A stretch of DNA of 64,000 bases, taken from positions 1 through 64,000 of the forward strand of contig JBBRAE010000004.1 of assembly GCA_038207085.1 (NCBI GenBank). Reading direction: 5' to 3'. How positions within the stretch are numbered: the first letter of the stretch is position 1; each line of letters starts with the position of its first letter. Below the pieces are notes generated by a model, which was given only the letters and a program-made list of their open reading frames with translations, had not been told where the DNA came from and searched no databases. Positions 47,267 through 59,571 of this stretch are shown one piece after another. The position numbers and the translations under genes are program-made. This DNA comes from Armatimonadota bacterium (GTDB lineage: Bacteria; Armatimonadota; UBA5829; DTLH01).

Positions 47267-49183
47267 CTAACGTTTTCCAGGCGGTATCAGCTGCCCCGAT
47301 TCCTCGATTCCCGGCGGAAGACGCCGCGCCGCTTCGCCGTTCACAGTTCGAGCGAACGACTTGCCGTAGGCGTCAAAGCTCACTAGAACAACTGTGTTGG
47401 GCCGCTTGTCTGCCGCGCTCTCTTTCGACTTTTCCGAGAAAAATTGGGGGCGTTCGATCAGCAGGTCAGGCCTGAGCGCAAGAATCCGTGTGGTGACCAG
47501 GAATATCCGCGGGTCCTGGGCGTTCGCAGTAAAGGAACCGCTGCTGTCCACATATACATAGGAGTCTTTGGGCAGAGATCGAATCAAGGGGACAAGCCCT
47601 TCCACCATCTGCCGCGTCGCTATTCCTGAGCTGCGCCATCCCCGGTTGTAGTTCAGCACCGCTCCGGCGAGTGAAGTCGTGACGATGAGCATTGCGGCGG
47701 GCACTGCGAGCTTTGTCGCCAACTCCTGCGCGCGGGCCACAAGATGGGAGCTTTTTTGGCGAAGCGTCAGACCGTTCTTTAGGAAGTCGGCGGCGAGTAT
47801 CAGTACGAGAAACAGAACAGAACCCTCAAATCTCACCCAACAAGCAAGGAAACCGCAAAGAGCGAGTTTGCAGGTGTTTGCGCCAAACCGATGCTTTCGC
47901 AAGTCGACTGCCACCAGGGCTACCGTCAGAGCTATCGGGACGACCATCGCAACTCGGGTCATGTCGGGCGTCAGACCCAAGTACGGGCTTAATAATTCAG
48001 TCAGCCGAACGGCGAGGCCGGTGAGTATGACGATCCAGGCGGGCTCTGTTTGGCCGAGGCCTTGCTGAGGCAGGACGATGAAGAGCGCCGCAAGCGCCAA
48101 GGCGGCCGCTGTTGGCAGAGTCTCCGTGCCGAGGGAGGCGACGGCGATCACAACCGTGCCCAATATCGCCCACGACGCGAGATCAAGCTTCATCTTTTTG
48201 TCCAGCGCCTTCTGGACTACCGCGGCGAGGCACAGCCCTACGCCTGCGCTTGGTATGTAGCCGTAGCGATCAGCCGGGGGCAGCTTTCCAAGTGCGACTC
48301 CGATGCCGAGAGCCGCTCCGGCAAAGACTAGAAGCCCGGGGCGAACGGTGGGGAACCCCTTCCACATCAGAGCTGCGAATAGCGCAACCGGGGCCATAGT
48401 CCAAGCCTCGAAGACCATCGGCTGGTTCAGTATCGGCGGCATAATTCCCACTGCAAGGCGCATCGCACGGTGGAGCAGACTTAGATCCATAACGAGCTTG
48501 GGGTTGCCAAATCCGCTCGTGCACTGCATCTCAAGCAGGCATATACCGGCCAATCCGAGGCCGAACAACAACAGCGTCGCGCCACTGCGCAGATATGCTC
48601 CCTTTTCACGTTTGGTAACGGCAAACAGAGGCAGAACCGGGATGATAGTGGCGAGGCTTGCCGCCTCCTGTTTGGCGAGGCACGCCGCACCCCAGAGCAT
48701 GAAAGCGACAGGCAACCGAACGGCAAACCGCCACCGGTCGTGTAGCAGCGCCAAGGCCGAAATCAGAGCAAGCATGAGCGCGAGCGGCCCGCAAAGCGCA
48801 GAGATCCAAGAGACCGCGTCGGTGTTTCTTGGGTAGAGCGCGAAGACCATTGCGCCCGCGAGCGCCGCTGCGGTTCCAAAACGCAGTTTTCTGCCGAGTG
48901 CGTACACCATCCCAACGCACGCGAGGTGGAACGCGAGGGTGATCGCGTGTGCGGGGAACGGGTTCGTCCCGAACGTGTCGTAGATATGGTTGAACGTCAG
49001 GATGAACAGCGGGCGATAAAACCAACCGCCAAAGTGCCACGGGGCTCGACCCGGGAGCCCCGCCATCATCAGGTGGCCCCAGTCGTCTGTCTGGTAGTAC
49101 GACTGCAGCGCCGGGAAGTATACGGCGGTGGTGAGAACTATCAGGACGGCGACTGCAAGCGCTGCCTTGTATCTATGCTTCAT
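47267..49183 (-). CDS. Polytopic membrane protein, GT-C-superfamily glycosyltransferase-like
   Basis: TM1 followed by TDDW and YRPL, AKQEA, DRYGYIP, many TM segments. Confidence 0.6.
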   Translation of the reverse strand: MKHRYKAALAVAVLIVLTTAVYFPALQSYYQTDDWGHLMMAGLPGRAPWHFGGWFYRPLFILTFNHIYDTFGTNPFPAHAITLAFHLACVGMVYALGRKLRFGTAAALAGAMVFALYPRNTDAVSWISALCGPLALMLALISALALLHDRWRFAVRLPVAFMLWGAACLAKQEAASLATIIPVLPLFAVTKREKGAYLRSGATLLLFGLGLAGICLLEMQCTSGFGNPKLVMDLSLLHRAMRLAVGIMPPILNQPMVFEAWTMAPVALFAALMWKGFPTVRPGLLVFAGAALGIGVALGKLPPADRYGYIPSAGVGLCLAAVVQKALDKKMKLDLASWAILGTVVIAVASLGTETLPTAAALALAALFIVLPQQGLGQTEPAWIVILTGLAVRLTELLSPYLGLTPDMTRVAMVVPIALTVALVAVDLRKHRFGANTCKLALCGFLACWVRFEGSVLFLVLILAADFLKNGLTLRQKSSHLVARAQELATKLAVPAAMLIVTTSLAGAVLNYNRGWRSSGIATRQMVEGLVPLIRSLPKDSYVYVDSSGSFTANAQDPRIFLVTTRILALRPDLLIERPQFFSEKSKESAADKRPNTVVLVSFDAYGKSFARTVNGEAARRLPPGIEESGQLIPPGKR

Positions 49184-49207
49184 AAAACGTACAGACGCCC
49201 TTCAGAC

Positions 49208-50698
49208 TCAACTATTTCCAAGCAGATAGTTCACAAGCGTCGCCGTGCCAAACCCCGTTGAGCCCTTGGTAGAAAGCGCGGACTCCCGATCGAGCGTCAC
49301 CGGGCCGGCTACGTCTATGTGCGCCCAGGGGGTGCCTTTGATATGGTTCTTGATGAAAAGCGCGCCGATGATCGCGCCGCCCTCGCGGCTTCCCGCGTTT
49401 TTCATGTCGGCGGTCTCGCTTTTCAAGTTGTCGAGATAGTCTGTGTGAAGTGGAAGCTGCCAGAGCTTCTCGCCGTCCTTTGCCCCGGCCTTTATCAGCC
49501 GTTCGACGATCCCCTGATCGCTTCCAAGCACCCCGGCCATCCCCCGGCCAAGGGCGACTACACACGCGCCGGTCAGGGTCGCGACGTCGATGATCTCATC
49601 CACGCCCTCTGATTCTGCGTAGGTGGCGGCGTCGGACAGGATCAGCCTGCCTTCGGCGTCGGTGTTGTCGATCTCGACCGTTTTTCCCGAAAGCGCGCGG
49701 ATTACGTCGCCGACGTGGGTCGCGTTGCCGCCGATCATGTTCTCAGTCGCGGGAACCAGCGCAAGCACGTTGACCTCGGGTTTCAGCTCTCCGACCGCCC
49801 GCATAGCCGCAAGCACCGCCGCCGCGCCTCCCATGTCGTCTTTCATCGCGGCCATCGAGTCTCCAGGTTTCAGGTTAAGCCCGCCTGAGTCAAAGGTGAC
49901 CCCCTTGCCGATTACAGCTATCCTGCGAGTCGCGTTTGGGCTCTTATACTCAAGCCTGATGAACTTCGGCGGCTCGGCGCTTGCCCGCGCTACAGCCGTC
50001 AAAAGTCCCATGCCAAGCTCTGCGATCTCCTCGCGCTCAAAGACTCTGCACTCCATGCCGAACTCCCCTGCGATTGTCCTCGCGGTTTCGGCAAGGTAGC
50101 CCGGTGTGACGACGTTTGCGGGCTCGTTGGTGAGGTCGCGGGCAAAAGAGACCGCGTCGGCGACCGTTTTGCCGATTCTCATCCCAGCTTCGATTGCAGC
50201 GAGCTTGGATTCGTCTTTCTCAATGATCGCGAACTCTTCGACCTCGCGGGTGGGCTTGTCGGTCTTGAGCCTCGTGAACTTGTAGAGCCCGAGAAGTGTT
50301 CCAAGTGTGGTCGCTCTGGAGGCTAACGCAGGGTCAATGCCGCCGATCCCGGCTCCGTGGATGATGCTTGCGACCCGGCGAGCCGACAGGTTGCGGGCAC
50401 GGCGCGCAGCCACGGCTGAGGCTTTTCGTATGGCGTCGGCGTCGAAGGCATCGGCTTTTCCAAGACCGACGATTATGACTCGGGAGGCCCCAATCGCCCC
50501 GCCTGTGGTCAGGTCAAGGGTCTCTCCAAGCTTCCCTTCGAACCCCTCGCGCTCTATAAGCGCAGAGATCGCCCCTCCAAGCGCCTGGTCGACCGCGCCG
50601 GTTGCGCCTCCCGGGCGTTTTACACCCTCGAACAGATTAACTATAAGCACATCACAGAGCGCCTCCGTGACGGAGCCTCGAACGGTCACGACTTGCAT
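49208..50698 (-). CDS. pepA: Leucyl aminopeptidase (M17)
   Basis: GKGVTFDSGG, MKDDMGG, NTDAEGRL, ATLTGAC, WAHIDVAG; GAGGAGG before ATG 50698. Confidence 0.95.
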   Translation of the reverse strand: MQVVTVRGSVTEALCDVLIVNLFEGVKRPGGATGAVDQALGGAISALIEREGFEGKLGETLDLTTGGAIGASRVIIVGLGKADAFDADAIRKASAVAARRARNLSARRVASIIHGAGIGGIDPALASRATTLGTLLGLYKFTRLKTDKPTREVEEFAIIEKDESKLAAIEAGMRIGKTVADAVSFARDLTNEPANVVTPGYLAETARTIAGEFGMECRVFEREEIAELGMGLLTAVARASAEPPKFIRLEYKSPNATRRIAVIGKGVTFDSGGLNLKPGDSMAAMKDDMGGAAAVLAAMRAVGELKPEVNVLALVPATENMIGGNATHVGDVIRALSGKTVEIDNTDAEGRLILSDAATYAESEGVDEIIDVATLTGACVVALGRGMAGVLGSDQGIVERLIKAGAKDGEKLWQLPLHTDYLDNLKSETADMKNAGSREGGAIIGALFIKNHIKGTPWAHIDVAGPVTLDRESALSTKGSTGFGTATLVNYLLGNS

Positions 50699-50862
50699 AC
50701 TTTCCTCCTCATTCACGCACACCGCCTGCTGTTGGGGACGGCCACCTAAATATCTATATACCCGAACTTGCTGGGAAACTCAGCCCATCGTAGTTTAACA
50801 CCGTCGGGCGATTCTGGCAACGTAACAAGGGGTACACTAAGATGATTGGACTGTGAGGACCT

Positions 50863-53091
50863 ATGCGCGTAACAGGAAGCATTCGACGGAAGCTGATACT
50901 GGCGTTTATTGTGGCGTTGATACCGCTCGTCTTGTTGCAGGTTGTCACGTTCATCGGTTGGCGACGTGTGCGAACCGATCAGATCATTACCGGCAGGACG
51001 GACTCGGCCGCCGTCGCCGGGGCTATGCTTGAGGGTTATGTGACCGATGTCTTGAACGAAAACGCCGCTATCGAGGCCGGGCTCCAGCTCGACAGCTCAC
51101 TGATGTCCTCAAGACGCCTGCCGCAGCTGCTTGACTCGGTCAGGTCGCACTATCTCACACTGTCAAGCTACGCCATCGTCAACCCCGAGGGGCGGTTCAT
51201 TGCAAGTTCCCCAAAGGGGGCTTCGACAGCAAGTGTGGCTGACAGGGATTACTTCCGGAGAATCATGTCCGGCGAGCCGTGGGTTGTCTCCGATCTGCTC
51301 ATCAGCCGACTGACGGGAAAGCCTGCGTTTGTCATAGCGAGCCAGTTGCGCGATGCCCGCGGTGTGCTGCGCGGCGCGGTGGTTGCCGTAGTCGATACCC
51401 ACCAACTTCGTAAGATATTCCCAACCCGGTTCACGTCCGGTGAAATTGCGCTCGTGGATCGGTCGGGACGGGTCGTTGTCGACAGCCGTCTTGACAATCT
51501 GTCGTGGCAGGAGCGGAACTGGTCTAATCTCGATCTGGTCCGGCGGGCGCTTGCCGGAGACTCCGCCTGGAGCAAGTCCTATGTTTCTCCAATCTCAGGA
51601 GAGCGTCTGATAGGCAGCTTTGTCTCGGCGCCGATGATCGGCTGGGCTGCTGGGTCGTTTGAAAACTACGGAAAAGCTATGGAGCCGATAAACGCTTGGT
51701 CGACTGTAATATTCATGGGCGCGGCTTCTGCGGAGATAGTCTCGCTCCTTCTGGTGTGGTTCCTCGGGACATACCTGACCCGGCCTATCAGACGGCTGAC
51801 AAGCGCGGTTAAGACGTATTCCAGCGACGGCCTTCTGCTTGCTGTCCGCGTAAGCTCGGGCGATGAGATGGAAGATCTTGCGGCAGCGTTCAACTCACTC
51901 GGACAGCGTATCACAGAGCGAGAAACCCAGCTTCTGGACTTTGCCACGCGCAACGAGCGCCTCGCAGACGCTGCCCAGGCCCGCGCCGCCGAGTTGGAGG
52001 TAGTGATCGAGCGCATCCCAACCGGTGTGGTGATCGTTGACCATCAGGGCAGGGTCGTTCAGAAGAACATCAGGGCCGACCTGCTCTATGGCATGCCGAT
52101 TGCTGTAGGCGAGACACTGAAAGAGCACGTCAAAGGGGTAAGGCTGCTAAACACAAACGGTGAGCCGTATTCGCAGGAGAGCATGCCGATCTCTCGCGCT
52201 ATTATGACCGGGACTCCGGTGATGGACGAAGAGATGATCATCGAGCACGCAGATGGCGGGCGAACTGTTCTGCTCGTAAGCGCCTCACCGATTCGCGACG
52301 ATGAAGGCGAGATCATCGGCGCGGTCGGCGTGTTGCAGGACATTTCCGAGCGCAAACGCATCGAAGAGCGCGAGCGCACAATCGCTGAAGCCCTGCAGGA
52401 CAGCCTTACTCCCAAGATTCCCTCCGAGACCTGCGGTCTCAGGATCGCCGCCAAGTATATCCCGGCGCTTGAGGAGGCCCGCGTCGGCGGGGACTTTGTC
52501 GATGTGTTTGAAATCGCAGAGGACAAGGTGGCGATTGTGATCGGCGACGTGTCCGGCAAAGGGTTGATAGCCGCCCGGATGGTCGCGATGACCAAGTACT
52601 ACGTGCGCGGATATATTTATGAGCACCCCGAGTCTCCGGAATGGGTCATGGACAGGCTGAGCGACGCGCTCCTGATCGATCAGGAGGCTGACAGGTTCAT
52701 CACCGCGTTTACCGGGATCATCGACACCAAACGCATGACCCTCGACTACGCAAGCGGGGGACACGAGCCACCGATCCTGTGGCGGGAGTCCGGTGAGATG
52801 GAGGATCTGATGCCGACCGGGATGGCGATAGGGGTGCTTGACTCGACCTACCTGCGGCGAAGTGTCGAACTGCACCCCGGTGACATGCTTGTGCTCTACA
52901 CCGACGGTGCAACCGAGGCGCGCACAGCGGGCGGCAGAATGTTGGGTTACGACGGACTGAAGTTGATGCTCGCCGGGATGCGAGGCGCGACCGTTCAGGA
53001 GATCGCAGACGCGCTGCAAGCGGGAGTCCACGATTTCGCAGGCGGCAGGTTCACCGACGACTTCACGCTGCTTGTGATCAGGCCTAAATAG
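50863..53091 (+). CDS. Membrane sensor phosphatase: Cache-HAMP-PAS-SpoIIE/PP2C (RsbU-like)
   Basis: Two TMs flanking a Cache domain (DRDYF), HAMP, PAS/PAC (QDISERK), VGGDFVD, GDVSGKG, YTDG, DDFT. Confidence 0.9.
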   Translation: MRVTGSIRRKLILAFIVALIPLVLLQVVTFIGWRRVRTDQIITGRTDSAAVAGAMLEGYVTDVLNENAAIEAGLQLDSSLMSSRRLPQLLDSVRSHYLTLSSYAIVNPEGRFIASSPKGASTASVADRDYFRRIMSGEPWVVSDLLISRLTGKPAFVIASQLRDARGVLRGAVVAVVDTHQLRKIFPTRFTSGEIALVDRSGRVVVDSRLDNLSWQERNWSNLDLVRRALAGDSAWSKSYVSPISGERLIGSFVSAPMIGWAAGSFENYGKAMEPINAWSTVIFMGAASAEIVSLLLVWFLGTYLTRPIRRLTSAVKTYSSDGLLLAVRVSSGDEMEDLAAAFNSLGQRITERETQLLDFATRNERLADAAQARAAELEVVIERIPTGVVIVDHQGRVVQKNIRADLLYGMPIAVGETLKEHVKGVRLLNTNGEPYSQESMPISRAIMTGTPVMDEEMIIEHADGGRTVLLVSASPIRDDEGEIIGAVGVLQDISERKRIEERERTIAEALQDSLTPKIPSETCGLRIAAKYIPALEEARVGGDFVDVFEIAEDKVAIVIGDVSGKGLIAARMVAMTKYYVRGYIYEHPESPEWVMDRLSDALLIDQEADRFITAFTGIIDTKRMTLDYASGGHEPPILWRESGEMEDLMPTGMAIGVLDSTYLRRSVELHPGDMLVLYTDGATEARTAGGRMLGYDGLKLMLAGMRGATVQEIADALQAGVHDFAGGRFTDDFTLLVIRPK

Positions 53092-53097
53092 CAGGCG

Positions 53098-54966
53098 TTA
53101 TTGGTTGTGGGCGGTTCTGCGCCGCTGTTCCAGGTGGACGGCCAGGATCGCGATGTCCGCTGGCGTCACTCCGGGCACGCGGGAGGCCTGTCCCAGGGTG
53201 AGCGGCTTGATGCGTGAGAGCTTATCCATCGCCTCGTGCGAAAGCGCGCGCACGCTCTTAAAGTCGATATCGGTGGGAACGGCTTTGCTTTCGAGCCTCT
53301 TGTGACGTTCGACCTGGGCCTGTTCGCGCTCTATGTAGCCCTGATATTTGATCGAAAGCTCCACCTGCTCGGCTGAGTCGGGCTCAATCCCGCCGTTTGG
53401 GCAGGTCTCAGATATTGCCCGGTACGACACATCAGGTCGCCTGAGCAGCTCTTCAAGGCTTGCAGGCCTTGCAAGCGACTCAAGCCCGAGCCCCTCGATG
53501 ATCTCACTGTCAGAGGGACGAACGAGCGTATCGGCGAGCCTTTTGGTCTCTCGCTCGATCTCCTCGCGCTTGGCGGTGAACGCGCTCCAGCGCAAGTCGC
53601 TTATGAGGCCTGTTTCGCGGCCGACCCCGGTCAGGCGCAGGTCGGCGTTGTCGTGCCGGAGGAGCAGCCTGTGCTCGGCGCGGGAGGTCAGGAGCCTGTA
53701 GGGGTCAAGCACTCCTTTGGTGACGAGGTCGTCGACCATTACGCCGATGTACCCAGCGCTTCTTGGGATCACGACGGGAGCGCGACCCGAAACCTTCATA
53801 GCGGCGTTGATCCCGGCTAGAAGACCCTGCGCGGCGGCTTCTTCATAGCCTGAGGTGCCGTTGATCTGGCCGGCGAAGAAGAGCCCGTGAACGGCTTTTG
53901 TCTCAAGACTCGGCCAAAGCTGGGTGGGCTGCGAGTAATCGTATTCGATCGCGTAACCGGGCCGTATCATATAGGCGTTTTCAAGACCGGGTATGGTTGC
54001 GATAAAAGCTTTCTGCACGTCTTCGGGCATCGATGTCGACATCCCCTGGACGTAGATCGAGTCGGTGTCCCAACCCTCTTGCTCAAGGAACACCTGATGG
54101 CGGGTCCTCTCGGCGAAACGAACTACCTTGTCCTCGATCGACGGGCAGTAGCGCGGGCCGACGCCTTCGATTCGTCCTCCATACATCGCCGAGCGCCCGA
54201 GGTTTTCGCGAATCACATCGTGGGTGCGTTCGTTTGTGTAGGTCAACCAGCAGGATAAGAGCCCTTTTCTTGGCGCTTTTGGAGTCATAAACGAAAACGC
54301 CAGCGGCTCTGTGTCCGAGGGCTGTTCCTCGATGCGCGACAGGTCGATCGTCTTTTTGTCGAGCCTTGGGGTGGTGCCGGTCTTGAGCCTGCCAAGCTCG
54401 ATTCCCGCCGCCCGGAGGCTGTCTGAGAGCCCATTTGACGGCGGCTCGTCGGCTCTTCCGGCGGGAAAACTGTCTTCCCCGATGTGAATCAGCCCGCGCA
54501 GGAACGTCCCAGTGGTGATGATGACCGCTCGCGCTGCAAACTCCTCGCCCTGCCCGGTCCGCACTCCCGCGACGCGCCCGCCCTCTACAATGAGGTCTTC
54601 CACCATCCCCTCGTGTATCGCGAGGTTCTCTTGCGCCTGCATAACCCTGCGCATTTCTTCCCGGTAGAGACGTTTGTCGGCCTGAGCGCGAATGGCTCGA
54701 ACTGCGGGGCCTTTGCCGGTGTTCAGCATCCTGATGTGGGTGTAGGTGGCGTCGGTGTTGATCGCCATCTGCCCGCCGAGCGCATCGATCTCACGCACGA
54801 GGTGCCCCTTGGCAGGCCCACCGATGGAGCAGTTGCAGGGCATCAGGGCGATATTTTCGATATCGGTCGTGACGGCAAGCGTCTTCATCCCAAGCCGCGC
54901 CGCCGCAAGCGCCGCCTCACTCCCCGCGTGTCCAGCGCCAACCACAATTACATCGTAGACTTGCAT
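53098..54966 (-). CDS. mnmG: tRNA uridine 5-carboxymethylaminomethyl modification enzyme
   Basis: [41 protein letters not shown]. Confidence 0.98.
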   Translation of the reverse strand: MQVYDVIVVGAGHAGSEAALAAARLGMKTLAVTTDIENIALMPCNCSIGGPAKGHLVREIDALGGQMAINTDATYTHIRMLNTGKGPAVRAIRAQADKRLYREEMRRVMQAQENLAIHEGMVEDLIVEGGRVAGVRTGQGEEFAARAVIITTGTFLRGLIHIGEDSFPAGRADEPPSNGLSDSLRAAGIELGRLKTGTTPRLDKKTIDLSRIEEQPSDTEPLAFSFMTPKAPRKGLLSCWLTYTNERTHDVIRENLGRSAMYGGRIEGVGPRYCPSIEDKVVRFAERTRHQVFLEQEGWDTDSIYVQGMSTSMPEDVQKAFIATIPGLENAYMIRPGYAIEYDYSQPTQLWPSLETKAVHGLFFAGQINGTSGYEEAAAQGLLAGINAAMKVSGRAPVVIPRSAGYIGVMVDDLVTKGVLDPYRLLTSRAEHRLLLRHDNADLRLTGVGRETGLISDLRWSAFTAKREEIERETKRLADTLVRPSDSEIIEGLGLESLARPASLEELLRRPDVSYRAISETCPNGGIEPDSAEQVELSIKYQGYIEREQAQVERHKRLESKAVPTDIDFKSVRALSHEAMDKLSRIKPLTLGQASRVPGVTPADIAILAVHLEQRRRTAHNQ

Positions 54967-55032
54967 AACGATATATTATAGCACAGGGGGCAGTTCGTTC
55001 TTCACGCTCAAGCTTTGGCGTTTGAGTTCGTT

Positions 55033-55113
55033 TTAGCCCGCTTTATTCGTGACGCGAATAAAGCTTTCGCTAACAGAGCATTATTCACGCCACTCGTGAA
55101 TAATGAGGGTTAG
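55033..55113 (+). repeat. ~80-bp double-hairpin repeat, copy 2
   Basis: Near-identical to 15234-15314; differences lie mainly in loops and ends. Confidence 0.85.
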
Positions 55114-55373
55114 ATGATTTTTGTAATTGGGACAGATTTGGGCTCTGGGAACTCATGCTTCATGATTATAAGACACTAACTTGGGCGAAAACTGGAATCA
55201 TGGGGGAGAACTTATTGTTAAATGTTGTTCACTGGTTGTGATTGAGTGTGGGGTGGCAGGTCTCGGCGTGTCAGGGCGGCGGCGGGGTGGTCTACCGGTG
55301 TAAACTGCTTGACGGAATGCTCTTGACCATGCTATATATATTTTATGCTAAGTCCCTATGATCGGCACTCTCA

Positions 55374-56624
55374 ATGCGCCTGAAGACGCTGCTAAGTGAA
55401 CTGACAATCGACGGGCGCGTGCTTTTTGGCACGCGTGTTCTGCGACTGTTTGCGTACGGCCTGCTCTCGGTCATCCTGGTGCTTTATCTGACCAAGGCGG
55501 GGCTGGGCGAGCGGGCGATTGGGCTTCTCCTCAGTGCGACGCTTGCCGGGGACATCGTCGTGTCTCTCATCATCACGACCCGTGCGGACCGGATCGGGCG
55601 GCGGAAGATGCTTCTGCTGGGTGCTGGTCTGATGATCTTTGCCGGAGCCGTGTTCGCCTCGACTCTGTTTCTGCCGCTTCTCTTTATCGCGGCCTTTGCC
55701 GGGATCATCAGCCCGAGCGGAAACGAGATTGGGCCTTTTCTTTCCATCGAGCAGGCAGCGCTCTCTCACACCCTCCCGGACAAAAAACGCACCAGGGTCT
55801 TTGCGTGGTACCACCTCATAGGCTCGTTCGCTACGGCTCTTGGCGCGCTTGGGGGAGGCGTCATAGCCCAATTGATGCAGTCAAGAGGGGTGCCGGCAGT
55901 GGAGAGCTACAGGGTGCTGGTCTGGGTGTACGCCGGGCTGGGACTGGTTTTGGGGGTGTTGTTTCTTCGGTTGTCCCCACAGGTCGAGGTGACCCCCGCC
56001 GAGCGCCCGACTGATCAGCCGAAGGGAGCAGGCTATCTGGGGCTGCACGAGTCTCGCGGCGTCGTGCTCCGTCTGTCCGCGCTGTTCTCGCTTGATGCGT
56101 TCGCCGGAGGATTTGTCGTCCAAAGCATTGTGGCGTATTGGTTTTACGTGCGCTTCGGGGTATCTCCCGTCGTTTTGGGCAGCGTCTTCTTTGGCGCCAA
56201 TGTTTTGTCGGGTTTTTCCGCGCTCGCCGCGGCGAAGGTGGCGGAGAAGATCGGCCTCATCAACACGATGGTGTTCACCCACATACCCTCAAACGTGCTG
56301 CTGATACTCGTTCCCCTGATGCCTACCCTGCCTCTTGCGATTCTCGTCCTGCTGCTTCGCTTCAGTATTTCGCAGATGGACGTGCCGACTCGTCAGTCCT
56401 ACACCATGTCTGTGGTGACCCCGGAGGAGCGCTCTGCGGCGTCCGGCGTGACGAGCGTGGCGCGCAGCGTCGGGGCAGCGGTCTCGCCCTCCCTGGCTGG
56501 TCTCTTTATAGCGGTGCCGGCCCTGCTGAGCGTGCCGTTTTTCCTCTCTGGCGGGCTGAAGATCGTCTACGATCTGCTGCTGTACCGCAGCTTCAAAGCT
56601 CACGAACCCCGCGATGAGTCCTGA
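55374..56624 (+). CDS. MFS transporter
   Basis: Motif A ADRIGRR; about 12 TM segments. Confidence 0.9.
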   Translation: MRLKTLLSELTIDGRVLFGTRVLRLFAYGLLSVILVLYLTKAGLGERAIGLLLSATLAGDIVVSLIITTRADRIGRRKMLLLGAGLMIFAGAVFASTLFLPLLFIAAFAGIISPSGNEIGPFLSIEQAALSHTLPDKKRTRVFAWYHLIGSFATALGALGGGVIAQLMQSRGVPAVESYRVLVWVYAGLGLVLGVLFLRLSPQVEVTPAERPTDQPKGAGYLGLHESRGVVLRLSALFSLDAFAGGFVVQSIVAYWFYVRFGVSPVVLGSVFFGANVLSGFSALAAAKVAEKIGLINTMVFTHIPSNVLLILVPLMPTLPLAILVLLLRFSISQMDVPTRQSYTMSVVTPEERSAASGVTSVARSVGAAVSPSLAGLFIAVPALLSVPFFLSGGLKIVYDLLLYRSFKAHEPRDES

Positions 56625-56760
56625 AATATGCTCCTCGGACGTGGCGCAGTCAATGCCTGTTTTCATATCATTCCCTTTGTACGGTATACTATCCCTGGTA
56701 GCTTGTGACACTTATGCGGCGGGAGTCGCGTATTAGTATAGGATATGCTGCTATCATCGA

Positions 56761-56841
56761 CTAACCCGCATTATTCACGAATCCCGTGAATAATGCTCTG
56801 TTAGCGAAAGCGTTATTCGTCAAGCGAATAAAGCGGGCTAA
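56761..56841 (-). repeat. ~80-bp double-hairpin repeat, copy 3 (inverted), abutting the ahcY RBS
   Basis: Reverse complement of the 15234/55033 element; AAGGAG follows immediately. Confidence 0.85.
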
Positions 56842-56855
56842 AAGGAGTTTTTGGA

Positions 56856-58271
<1,416 letters not shown>

Positions 58272-58280
58272 AGATAAGTT

Positions 58281-58311
58281 GGGCGGCGGACTCCTTTCCG
58301 CCGCCCTTTTT
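58281..58311 (+). terminator. Intrinsic terminator after ahcY
   Basis: GGGCGGCGGA-ctcctt-TCCGCCGCCC-TTTTT. Confidence 0.85.
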
Positions 58312-58346
58312 ATATCAAGTGGACGCACTCATGTGATTTGTGTAGC

Positions 58347-58489
58347 CACCCTTCGAGAGCCTCAGGGTGAGGGGTTTTGGTTTGGGTGGTGGGGTGAGCA
58401 ATTGTACCGCTAGCCGTAGAATTTCTCAAGGTTGATCAACCTAAAGCCAATCACGTTAAGGCTCTCGAAACGTGCGCTCCACCCAAAGA
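58347..58489. repeat. REP-like CTTCGAGAGCCTCAG family element, copy 2
   Basis: Same 28-nt head as 23373 and homologous tail ccaatcacgtt.agg.tctcgaaacg.gcgctccacccaaaga. Confidence 0.75.
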
Positions 58490-58527
58490 TTCGGCGTCCA
58501 CCCAGGCTATCGCAGCTTTGCCCACTG

Positions 58528-59571
58528 CTAGACCAGAGCAACCCCAGACTTCTTCGATCTTCTCTGGATTCTTCTCCATGCCTTAAATCTGACGCTTGGG
58601 ACGCTTCGGGCGGGGATGCCGATTACTTCGCCGGTTACGGCGTCGGGGAGGGGGAGGCGGCTGATTAGGGCGGCCAGCTTCGCGGGCTCGAGTTCGAGAG
58701 CTTCTGAGACGGCGGGCAGGCCTACTGAGGTGATGATCGACATTACCTGCTCACCGGAGAGGCCGTAGAGTATCGCCTTGCGCTGCTTGGGGGCGAGTTG
58801 TGCGAACTCCTTCCAGAACCATTCCAAAATGTGGTCGAGCCAGCCGGCGTCGGTGATCTGACGTTCTACGTCGGTGCCGGGGTCGACTAGCCAGTCGACG
58901 GGGCTGTCGGTGCTGTCCTCACCCTCGCGCGTGGCGTCGATCGAGAGGGGATCGTTGTCACGGACCGAGGTGAGAGATGCCACGCAGGAGACCAAATCGT
59001 CAATCGGAACAGGAGCGCCGCACCAGTCCAGAATCCGGCAGATGAGCTCGGGGGTGGGGACCTCGGCGGGGTCGCGGTTGTCCAGGGACTTTCGTGCGAA
59101 TGCGCGCTCGTCCTCGGCGATCTCTTTGGCCCTGCCTGCCGCGGACTTCATACGCCCAGCCCAGCCCTCATAACCGCACAAACGCTCCGTGCTTATGTCC
59201 GAGTTCCAGATCGCAAAACCCTTTATGTTGGATTTGCCGGTGAACATGTCCAAAAGCTCGAGCTTCAGGCTATACCAACTCGGGCGTTTGCGGCGGATGG
59301 CGTCGCAGTAACGGTTGTGAACAGCTCGACGCACGAAAGCTTCGAGGTTCTCAATAGAGGTCTCGACTGTGCCGCGCTTGATGGCGTCGACTCGCGTCCA
59401 GATCGCAAGCAGACAGTCCTGCTCGAAATCTTCGAGGTCGCTCGTCTCTCGCTTCATCAGCGATCGCCGCACAAGCCTTCGGATCTCTTCCGAAAGCGGC
59501 TCCATATATGCCTCGCACCGGCCAGCCGGGAGGCTGATATACTTTTCAAGTAAATCTTGTGGGTTGCCCAT
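58528..59571 (-). CDS. ECF-like sigma-70 factor with a long insertion between regions 2 and 4
   Basis: Region 2: DLEDFEQDCLLAIW...LEAFVRRAVHNRYCDAIRR; region 4-like: LAPKQRKAIL...SVPSVRFKAWRRI; ATG 59571 overlaps the CHAT stop. Confidence 0.72.
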   Translation of the reverse strand: MGNPQDLLEKYISLPAGRCEAYMEPLSEEIRRLVRRSLMKRETSDLEDFEQDCLLAIWTRVDAIKRGTVETSIENLEAFVRRAVHNRYCDAIRRKRPSWYSLKLELLDMFTGKSNIKGFAIWNSDISTERLCGYEGWAGRMKSAAGRAKEIAEDERAFARKSLDNRDPAEVPTPELICRILDWCGAPVPIDDLVSCVASLTSVRDNDPLSIDATREGEDSTDSPVDWLVDPGTDVERQITDAGWLDHILEWFWKEFAQLAPKQRKAILYGLSGEQVMSIITSVGLPAVSEALELEPAKLAALISRLPLPDAVTGEVIGIPARSVPSVRFKAWRRIQRRSKKSGVALV

